A DNA stretch of 64,000 bases from Candidatus Binatia bacterium (GTDB taxonomy: Bacteria; Desulfobacterota; Binatia; Bin18). This document shows positions 28,533 to 36,461 of this stretch, one piece after another (position 1 is the first letter of the stretch; each line of letters starts with the position of its first letter). The stretch is taken from NCBI GenBank assembly GCA_963422435.1, contig OY729511.1, forward strand, positions 728,103 to 792,102, in the 5' to 3' direction. A program made the translations under genes and the position numbers. The notes under the pieces were generated by a model that saw only the letters and a list, made by a program, of their open reading frames with translations, did not search any database and had not been told where the DNA came from.

Positions 28533-28970
28533 ATGAGACACGTATTTTTTAGCTTCAAATATAAAGATGTTTCCAGAGCAATGGTTGTGAGAAATAGCTG
28601 GGTTACTCAAGGTAACGAAGCGGCTGGTTTTATAGATGCTGCGGATTTTGAGAAGATCAAACGGCAGGGTGATGCATCCATCAGACGCTGGATTGATAAC
28701 CAGCTACAAGGCACTTCCGTAACCGTCGTCCTAGTTGGACAACACACATGCAGTAGTCGTTGGGTAAGGTACGAAATAGATAAAAGTATTGAAAGAGGCA
28801 ACGGTCTTCTGGGTATCGACATAAGTAAAATCAACGATTTACAGGGACGCACCAGCGAACTATGTGGACAAATCCCAAAGGGTTCCCCATTCTACTTGTG
28901 GGACAAAGACAATGGTTATGGCAATCTCGGCGACTGGATTGAAAAAGCCGCACAGCAAGCCGGAAGATAG
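28533..28970 (+). CDS. TIR-like domain protein (DUF1863 / ThsB-like)
   Basis: GGAGG RBS, ATG 28533. MRHVFFSFKYKDVSRAMVVRNSWVT...SSRWVRYEIDKSIERGNGLLGI matches the ThsB/DUF1863 TIR-like signature as I recall it. Confidence 0.65.
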   Translation: MRHVFFSFKYKDVSRAMVVRNSWVTQGNEAAGFIDAADFEKIKRQGDASIRRWIDNQLQGTSVTVVLVGQHTCSSRWVRYEIDKSIERGNGLLGIDISKINDLQGRTSELCGQIPKGSPFYLWDKDNGYGNLGDWIEKAAQQAGR

Positions 28971-28971
28971 G

Positions 28972-29069
28972 GACACCACCGAACAGGAAGCCGGGATAGA
29001 TCACAACTGGTCTACGCGCTGTACGGGCTGACGGAGGGGGAATTTGACATTGTGGAGGGGGAAAGATGA
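28972..29069 (+). pseudogene. remnant copy 3 of methyltransferase C-terminal tail (carries an indel)
   Basis: DTTEQEAGID (one frame) + QLVYALYGLTEGEFDIVEGER-TGA (adjacent frame) parallels DASEQEAEINRLVYGLYDLTEEEIKLVE. The TGA overlaps the ATG of the next gene (ATGA). Confidence 0.45.
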
Positions 29070-30295
29070 GTGCGTCCGAACGGCAAGACACAACCTCTAC
29101 AATCTTGGCTTTGATTCAGGAAATCATGGAAAAGTCCGCCGATGGAGACTATATCTATCGCGGTGAACCAGAGTGCTACCCCAAAGTATCCTCAACGCTT
29201 CATCGCGAATACGCAGAGGTGGATGCGGAGAACTTTAAATTGGAGGACGTCCAGAAGGAGATACTGGAACAGGCCAGGAAATACACAGCCGTAACTGACG
29301 CGCTGGAAATCTTGACAGAACTCCAGCACCACGGCGGCAACACCAATCTTATCGATTTTACGAACGACTGCCACATAGCGCTCTTTTTCGCCTGTGACGG
29401 CTCCCCTGACAAAGATGGCAGGGTTATCCTGCTGAAAAAAGCAACGGAACAAGGCCAGATCAGAGAGCCCCGGAACCCTGTCAACCGCGTCATCGCTTAG
29501 AAGAGCATCTTTGTGCAGCCACCGAAAGGCTTTATTAACCCCGACGGAGAAATCATCATCCCGAAAAACCTCAAACAGCCCATACTGAACCATCTGCGAA
29601 AATACAACGGCATATCCACCGAAACCATCTACAACGACCTGCACGGCTTTATCAAACATCGGGGAATCCACCAAAGCGCCTACACGGAGTTTTACAGAGG
29701 TCTGACTTATTCGAGAAAGGGAGTTGAATCGGCAGACAAGGAAGAACAACAGAGATTCTATGAAAAGGCCATTGCACATTACACTGAAGCCTTGAGATTG
29801 AACCCAAATCTTGCCGAGGCATACAACAACCGGGGCACCGCCAAGGTAGAACTTGGACAACACCAGGAAGCGATTGTGGATTTTGATACGGCGATAGGAA
29901 TCAATCCGAACCATGCCGCAGCCCGCAACAACCGGGGAATCGCCAAGGTAGAACTTGGACAACACCAGGAAGCGATTGTGGATTTTGATACGGCAATAAA
30001 CCTCAATCCGCACGATGCCAAAGCCTACAACAACCGGGGCACCGCCAAGAGAGGACTTGGACAACACCAGGAAGCGATTGTGGATTTTGATACGGCAATA
30101 AACCTCAATCCGCACTATGCCGAAGCCTACTACAACCGGGGCACCGCCAAGAGAGGACTTGGTCGGAATCAGGAAGCCCGCGAAGATTTTCAAACATGCC
30201 TCACCCTGGCAAAAGCACAGGGTAATGCCGAGCTTGTCGAGCTTGCCCAAAAGGCGCTGGATACTCTGGGGCTTGGTAGCGGTAGTTCGGATTAG
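29066..30295 (+). pseudogene. FRG-domain protein with C-terminal TPR repeats, interrupted by in-frame TAG (29498-29500)
   Basis: FRG-like motifs YIYRGEPECYPKVSSTLHRE and LQHHGGNTNLIDFTNDCHIALFFA. ORFs 29066..29500 and 29513..30295 are in the same frame, separated only by the TAG. The C-terminal half is four near-identical TPR units. Confidence 0.55.
29806..30180 (+). repeat. four tandem ~102-bp near-identical repeats (each one TPR unit) inside the FRG-TPR gene
   Basis: Repeating GCCTACAACAACCGGGGCACCGCCAAG...CAACACCAGGAAGCGATTGTGGATTTTGATACGGC(G/A)ATA units with a few substitutions. Confidence 0.8.
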
Positions 30296-30415
30296 GTACT
30301 CGTACTTCAGCCATAATAGGCCCCTTTTGCTCTTTAAGAATCATCCCTCCAGGGCTCTTGCCTTCAGCCCTGCCGATATCTCCAAAACTGGCCAAACGTC
30401 AAGTTTAAGATCATA

Positions 30416-31117
30416 ATGTACTCCATGGCCGTTACTGCACGCATAGGACGCCCACCCGGGGCAGATGGCGAAGCGACGCGGGAAACCATTCTGAAGGCCG
30501 CCCTCGAAGCCTTTGCCGAGGCCGGCTACGAGGCCATGTCCGTGCGTGCGCTGGCCCGTCGGCTGGGCGTCAGCCACAACCTGATTCACCATCATTTCGA
30601 GTCCAAACGACAGCTCTGGTATGAGGCCATAGATTTTGGGCTCGGCCGACGGGCGAGTGAAATCCGTCAGTTTCTGGAGATACCCGAGTCCAATCCGCAG
30701 GATGCGATTACCGGATTTTGTGAAGGGGTACGCCGCTTCATTCTGCTCGGCGCTCATCTGCCTGCCATCCCTCGGATTTTGCTCCATGAATTCGCTGAAG
30801 GAGGCGAACGGCTCGACTATATCTACGAGCAGCATCTTCAACCCCTGGTCGAAGGGGCGATTCGATTCCTCAAGCATCTGGGGGATGCCAAGGCGGGCGA
30901 TATTGATGCTCGGAGCTTTATCCTCCTGATTGGCACCAGTACCCTCTCCCTCTTCAATCAGTCTGCGTTTGCCGAGAAGATTGGCGGTCCCGACCCCTTC
31001 TCCGAAGAAACGGTCGAGCGCCATATTCGGACGGTCACGCGTCTCGTGCTCACTGGTGTGTTGGCGGAACCGCTGAACAATCCTTTTACTGCATCCGGTT
31101 CACATCGTCCGGGTTGA
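30416..31117 (+). CDS. TetR-family transcriptional regulator
   Basis: N-terminal [43 protein letters not shown]. Confidence 0.8.
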   Translation: MYSMAVTARIGRPPGADGEATRETILKAALEAFAEAGYEAMSVRALARRLGVSHNLIHHHFESKRQLWYEAIDFGLGRRASEIRQFLEIPESNPQDAITGFCEGVRRFILLGAHLPAIPRILLHEFAEGGERLDYIYEQHLQPLVEGAIRFLKHLGDAKAGDIDARSFILLIGTSTLSLFNQSAFAEKIGGPDPFSEETVERHIRTVTRLVLTGVLAEPLNNPFTASGSHRPG

Positions 31118-32660
31118 TCAGGTCCGGGGCGGTCCAGCCCTCGATATCGTATTCCGCCATACACTGATCGACAAATGATTTGAGTTGGTCGGCTCGGCCC
31201 ATGGCCACGGCCGCGGGCAGGTTTTCGAGTTTAATGTTCTCGTAGTTACCGGCGTAGTTGCGTTCGTACAGTTCGTGTCGCCCGCCGAATTCGGTCCCGA
31301 CGGCGTCCCACAAAATCTTGAGCAGCTTGACCCGCTCCAGCGCATCGTAATCGTTGGAGCCGCGTAAATACTTCTCAAGATAGGGCCGCAGCTCCGGCGT
31401 TTTGAAGTCTTTGACATGCGAGTTGAGATAGATCAGCCCGCTCGAAATGGTTTGCTCGATAATCTCTTTGATACGAGGGTAGGCGACCGGAGCCAGGACG
31501 CGGTAGGCCAGGCCGTACTCTGTGTTGGGCTGGAGGGCACCGTTGACCCACTGGTCGGGCGTCTTGGTCATGGCCTCGGTCAGGCCCCAGAACATATGCC
31601 GCCAGGCCAGCACCTCACCGACCTGCACCTGGGCGCTGCGCTGCCCCTGGATACCCAGCGCGTCGAGCGCTTTCAGCAGGGCCCCGGCCAGAAAGTCCAG
31701 CTTGACCGCGAAACGCGTGCAGCCGTGCAGGGTAAAACGCGGGATAAAACCCGAGCCGGGGAAAAAGGAGTTCGCCTTCTCCAGGTCACGATAGACAAAC
31801 AGGTTCTCCCAGGGGATGAGGACCTTGTCCAACACCAGGATGGCGTCGTTCTCATCCAGGCGGGAAGACAGCGGATAGTCGAACGGACTGCCCAGGGTGG
31901 CGGCGTGCAATTCATACGACGGGCGACAGAGGAGTTTTACGCCGGCACTCTGCATGGGAATCATGGCGAACAGCGCCATCTCGGGCTTGCCCAAAGGCGT
32001 CGGCCCGTAAAAGCCGATGAAATTATGATGCGTCAGGGCGGAGCCGGTCGCGACGACCTTGGCGCCGCTGACGATGACCCCCGCGTCGGTTTCTTTTTCC
32101 ACCCCCACATAGACGTCCTTTACGTCGTCCGGGGATTTGGCCTTATCGACAGGCGGGTTCACCAGCGCGTGGTTGAGAAACAGGCAGCGCTCCTGGGTGT
32201 GCCGATACCAGCGTAAGGCGTTGTCCTGATACGGCGCATAGAACTCGGCGTTGGCGCCCAGGGTGCCGGTCAGGCTGGCTTTGTAGTCCGGCGAGCGCCC
32301 CATCCAGCCGTAGGAGATACGCGCCCACTCGGCAATGGCGTCCCGGCTGCCGACCAGGTCTTCCGTACTCTTCGGCACCTTGTAGAACTTATGCGTGAAC
32401 CCGCCGTTGCCCGTATCGGTCGGCGTGCTGAGCGTCGGTGCTTTCTGCGGGTCGTACAGGGCATCATACATGCGCGCCAGCATGCGGGCGGAATTCCGAA
32501 AGGCCGGGTGCTGGGTCACGTCTTTGACGCGCTCACCATAGAGCCAGACCTCTCGATCGTCTTGCAGGCTGTCAAGGAATTCTTGACCGGTCAGGGGGCG
32601 TTGTTCGCGCTCGCTATCGGGGTGCGGCCTCGGGTCGGCGGCCGGTGTCTGTTGGCTCAT
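31086..32660 (-). CDS. HpaB-family flavin-dependent monooxygenase / 4-hydroxybutyryl-CoA dehydratase family protein
   Basis: 524 aa; family-typical sequence throughout (acyl-CoA-dehydrogenase-like fold); size fits. Confidence 0.65.
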   Translation of the reverse strand: MSQQTPAADPRPHPDSEREQRPLTGQEFLDSLQDDREVWLYGERVKDVTQHPAFRNSARMLARMYDALYDPQKAPTLSTPTDTGNGGFTHKFYKVPKSTEDLVGSRDAIAEWARISYGWMGRSPDYKASLTGTLGANAEFYAPYQDNALRWYRHTQERCLFLNHALVNPPVDKAKSPDDVKDVYVGVEKETDAGVIVSGAKVVATGSALTHHNFIGFYGPTPLGKPEMALFAMIPMQSAGVKLLCRPSYELHAATLGSPFDYPLSSRLDENDAILVLDKVLIPWENLFVYRDLEKANSFFPGSGFIPRFTLHGCTRFAVKLDFLAGALLKALDALGIQGQRSAQVQVGEVLAWRHMFWGLTEAMTKTPDQWVNGALQPNTEYGLAYRVLAPVAYPRIKEIIEQTISSGLIYLNSHVKDFKTPELRPYLEKYLRGSNDYDALERVKLLKILWDAVGTEFGGRHELYERNYAGNYENIKLENLPAAVAMGRADQLKSFVDQCMAEYDIEGWTAPDLINPDDVNRMQ

Positions 32661-32744
32661 GGTCTGTCCTCCACGCTCACCTGCTTCTGTCTATAGGGTG
32701 GACCGGGTTTCGGCAAGTTCGAGCGAGACGGCCGCCCCCGCCAC

Positions 32745-35700
32745 CTACGGCCGAAACTGCAAGGCCCGGGGCACAAGGCGCGTCGGCTGAGCCACGACTT
32801 GATACGCGGTTTCCACCCACTCACAGATATAGCGGCGGGTATCCCTGGGATCGATCATTTCTTCGATCTGGAACTTGTTTAACGGGCCGAGTGGTCCCCG
32901 CACGCTCTCGATCCGGGCGTTGAGTTCCGCGCGGAAGGCGACTGGATCGTCCGCCTCTGCCAACTGTCGTTTATAGGCCGCTTCGATGCCGCCCTCGGGT
33001 GGAATCCCGCCGACATCCGCAGCCGGCCAAGAGACGCGCATCGAGGGTTCCGCGCGCGGGGTGGCATAATTGTTCCCGGCCACGCCAAAACTGCGCCGCA
33101 TCAGGACGGTAAAGATGGGGACCCGGACCTGGGCAAAGGCAATCATCCATTCCGCCCCTTTGCGAATCGTACCCGTCCGCTCATGCTCCAGACCGACCGC
33201 GAAGCCGGGATTATCAACCAAGTTCAAGAGCGGCAGGTGAAACAGATCGCACAAATCCAGGTGGCGCGTCAGCTTGTCGCAGCCGTCGGCGGTGAGTGCA
33301 CCACCGTTGGCATGCTGGCTGTCAGAAGCAATCACGCCCAGAGGATAGCCGTTGAATCTCACAAACCCGGTCACCTGGTCGGTCCCCCACAGGGGACCGA
33401 TCTCAAAAAAGGAGTCCCGGTCGGCCATCAACCGGATGGCCCTTCGAATATCAAATGTCGTGGTCCGTTTTCTGGCGATGAGGGTCGCGAGTTCCTCTTC
33501 CCGCCGGTCAATCGGATCGCTCGCGTTTGCCGCGTGTACGGGCGGCGCCTCATACACGCTGGCGGGCAGATAGGACAGAAAGGTCCGCGTCATCTGCATG
33601 GCTTCCTCTTCGGACTCGGCCAGGTTGTCTACCGCGCCATTCGTACAGTGAATATGCCAACCGCCGAGTTCCTCCTTGGTGATATCGTAGCCCATGGCAT
33701 GCGAGACAACCGGTGGTCCGGCGACAAAGAGCTGAGCGATATTGCGCACCATGACCGAGAAGTGACCCAGGACGGCTTTGGCCGCGCCAATGCCGACCAC
33801 GCTGCCGAGCAGCAGATTGACCACCGGTATGGTCGAGAGCTGCTCGGTGTACATGCTGCTGCCCAGGTGTCCGGGCAGATACGATCCGCCGCCCCCGGCC
33901 ACCCGGGGCCGACCGGCCTTGATTGCGCCCGCGCTTTCTCTGGCACTGCTCTCGCCCTCTTTTTTCTGGGCCGGCACCATAGCCGCGACACTGCCCCCAC
34001 CGGACGAACCGTCCAGCAGTCGTATCGAGGGCAGACGCATTTCCGTCGCGAGGCGGTCCAGGTAGCTGCTTTTTGCCGCGATCGCCCCATCTGCGTGGCC
34101 CCCCCGAGACGTGAAATCATCGGCGCATACCACGACACTCCGCCGGTCTATTTTCCCCCAGCCTCCAACACTGTTTGCCGGGGTAAACCCCATGATGGTC
34201 CCGTCTTCATCATAGGACGCAAAGCCTGCGACGCTGCCGACCTCCCGGAAGGAGCCTGCGTCCAGCAACAGCTCAATACGCTGGCGGCAGGTCAGCTTGC
34301 CGCGCGAGCGTTGGCGTACTACGCCGGGGTCGTCGGAGCCGGGCGCCAAGCGCTGTTTGGCAAATCGCCGGAGGAGCGCGACCTCTTCCAGCACCGCCTT
34401 CCAGGGCTGTGTACTCTCTTTCGCTTGAGGGGTGACGGCGTGTGACGGAGACACGACCGCCACCACCTGCCCTGCGGCCACGCTATCTCCGGCCTGGAGC
34501 GGTTGCAGTGCCGCTATGACACCCGCGCAGCCCGCCGTGACCAGGGTTTCCATCTTCATGGCACTCACGACCAGCAGCGTGTCACCGGGCGACACGGTGT
34601 CGCCCACACCCACACGGACCTCCACCACCGCACTCTCCAGGGGACAGTGCACGACTTCCTGACCTTCTGTCACCTCCAGGGCAGGCAGGCGTGCCGTTGG
34701 TGCGGCACCCGGTCTCGGAGCCGTCATGCCCAGCCTGGCAGCCTGCTGCTCCAGCAGTGCCAGCGCACTGCCTTCAGACACGGAGAAAGAAACGGTGTTC
34801 AACTCCGGGGTCTCTGCCAATAACGATGTTCTGGCATCGCCGGCCCGAACGGCCGGATGGGCGAGGATGGCGCGCAGTTGGTGCAAATTGGTTCGCAGGC
34901 CACCAAGATGGAACTCATCAAGCGCCTGCCGCATGCGGGCAATTGCGGCTGCGTAAGAACCGGACGTACAAATGAGTTTTGCCAGCAAGGGGTCGAACTG
35001 GGGCGGAGGGGCATAGCCCAGATAGCCACACGCATCCACCCGGATGCCCGCGCCCGAGGGTTCCTTATAGGCCGTAATACTGCCCGTACTCGCGGCAACG
35101 ACCCGGGCCTGCACGGCAAAACTGCGCGGCGGGCCGACGGCGTGCTGGCTATTAAGACCGAGCGCGGCGAGCGTTTCCCCCGCGGCGAGACGAAACTGGG
35201 CCTCGACCAGATCAATGCCAGTGACCTGTTCGGTGACAGTATGCTCAACCTGAATGCGTGGATTACACTCAATAAAAAAATACTCGCCGGTCTCGGGCGA
35301 GACCAGGAACTCGACGGTGCCGGCATTCACATACGCCGCCGCCTGCACCAGGGTAAGCGCAGCGGTGAGCATCTGCTCTCGCAGTACGGGGTCCAGCCCC
35401 GGAGCGGGGGCAATCTCAACGACCTTCTGATGACGCAACTGGACCGAACAGTCGCGTTCGTGCAAATGGACCACATTGCCAGATGCATCCGCTAGAATTT
35501 GGACCTCAACATGCCGCGGCCGAGCGATCAGTCTTTCGAGAAAGACGGCGCCGTCCCCGAATGCGGCCTGGGCTTCGCTGCAACAGCGCTCAAATGCCTC
35601 GGCCATCTGCTCGGCCCGCTCAATGACCCGCATCCCGCGCCCCCCGCCCCCGGCCGCGGCCTTGAGCATCACGGGATACCCAAGCTCACGGGCCAGCTTT

Positions 35701-36137
35701 TCTGCTTCTGGCGCTGACCCTATGGGTTCGGTGCTACCGGGCACAACGGGGATGTCCAGCGACTCGGCAAGCGCCCGCGCTCTGATTTTATCGCCGAATA
35801 AGGCCAGCGTCTCCGGTGACGGACCGATAAACGTGATTCCCTCGGCGGCACATAACGCAGCAAAAGCGGCGTTCTCGGACAAGAAACCATAGCCAGGATG
35901 CAGGCAATCGCAGCCGCGTGATGTGGCGGTCTGGACGAGCATGTCCGCGTTCAAATACGCCGCAACGGAATCTGCCGCCGTGCCGATCTCCTGGCTTTCC
36001 GTCATACAGCGGGTATGCAGCGAAAGCTCATCAAGGGCCGGATACACCCCGACCGATTCCAGGCCCAAGGCCGTGGCTGCTCTGGCAATGCGAAGGGCGA
36101 TTTCGCCCCGGTTAGCGATCAAGACACGAGTATGCAC
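32745..36137 (-). CDS. single-chain acyl-CoA carboxylase (biotin carboxylase + biotinyl domain + carboxyltransferase fused)
   Basis: N-terminal BC domain (MHTRVLIANRGEIALRIARAA..., ATP-grasp motifs). Biotinyl motif SAMKMET. C-terminal carboxyltransferase-like ~500 aa. 1130 aa in total. Confidence 0.8.
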   Translation of the reverse strand: MHTRVLIANRGEIALRIARAATALGLESVGVYPALDELSLHTRCMTESQEIGTAADSVAAYLNADMLVQTATSRGCDCLHPGYGFLSENAAFAALCAAEGITFIGPSPETLALFGDKIRARALAESLDIPVVPGSTEPIGSAPEAEKLARELGYPVMLKAAAGGGGRGMRVIERAEQMAEAFERCCSEAQAAFGDGAVFLERLIARPRHVEVQILADASGNVVHLHERDCSVQLRHQKVVEIAPAPGLDPVLREQMLTAALTLVQAAAYVNAGTVEFLVSPETGEYFFIECNPRIQVEHTVTEQVTGIDLVEAQFRLAAGETLAALGLNSQHAVGPPRSFAVQARVVAASTGSITAYKEPSGAGIRVDACGYLGYAPPPQFDPLLAKLICTSGSYAAAIARMRQALDEFHLGGLRTNLHQLRAILAHPAVRAGDARTSLLAETPELNTVSFSVSEGSALALLEQQAARLGMTAPRPGAAPTARLPALEVTEGQEVVHCPLESAVVEVRVGVGDTVSPGDTLLVVSAMKMETLVTAGCAGVIAALQPLQAGDSVAAGQVVAVVSPSHAVTPQAKESTQPWKAVLEEVALLRRFAKQRLAPGSDDPGVVRQRSRGKLTCRQRIELLLDAGSFREVGSVAGFASYDEDGTIMGFTPANSVGGWGKIDRRSVVVCADDFTSRGGHADGAIAAKSSYLDRLATEMRLPSIRLLDGSSGGGSVAAMVPAQKKEGESSARESAGAIKAGRPRVAGGGGSYLPGHLGSSMYTEQLSTIPVVNLLLGSVVGIGAAKAVLGHFSVMVRNIAQLFVAGPPVVSHAMGYDITKEELGGWHIHCTNGAVDNLAESEEEAMQMTRTFLSYLPASVYEAPPVHAANASDPIDRREEELATLIARKRTTTFDIRRAIRLMADRDSFFEIGPLWGTDQVTGFVRFNGYPLGVIASDSQHANGGALTADGCDKLTRHLDLCDLFHLPLLNLVDNPGFAVGLEHERTGTIRKGAEWMIAFAQVRVPIFTVLMRRSFGVAGNNYATPRAEPSMRVSWPAADVGGIPPEGGIEAAYKRQLAEADDPVAFRAELNARIESVRGPLGPLNKFQIEEMIDPRDTRRYICEWVETAYQVVAQPTRLVPRALQFRP

Positions 36138-36301
36138 TGGCAGTCATCCCCTCTCCAACTCCTTTTCTCCCCCATTCATTGCACGAGCACCTATCATAGG
36201 TGAAGGAGGGTAACGGCAATACATACATCCGCCGTCCGATTCTCACGGGGGAGATCAGCCGAGAACCGGCTTGGTGTGCTGCGGGAGGGAAGGGGAAAAG
36301 T

Positions 36302-36374
<73 letters not shown>

Positions 36375-36461
36375 CAGTGTCAAACGAATGAAAGTTGGGT
36401 CGGGACGTCAGTGCAGAAATACTGCCATGTTCTCCCGTGGGCGTCAACTCACAGACAGCCC

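Noticed and set aside
29192-30250. 352-aa minus-strand ORF spanning the TPR repeat block
   Set aside because: It is the antisense shadow of the tandem 102-bp repeats. The + strand gives canonical TPR units and FRG motifs, and the minus translation is a low-complexity repeat.
33183-34445. 420-aa + strand ORF (and neighbouring 34857..35495, 35476..35892)
   Set aside because: They are antisense to the fused acyl-CoA carboxylase, whose biotin carboxylase, biotinyl and carboxyltransferase motifs all read on the minus strand.
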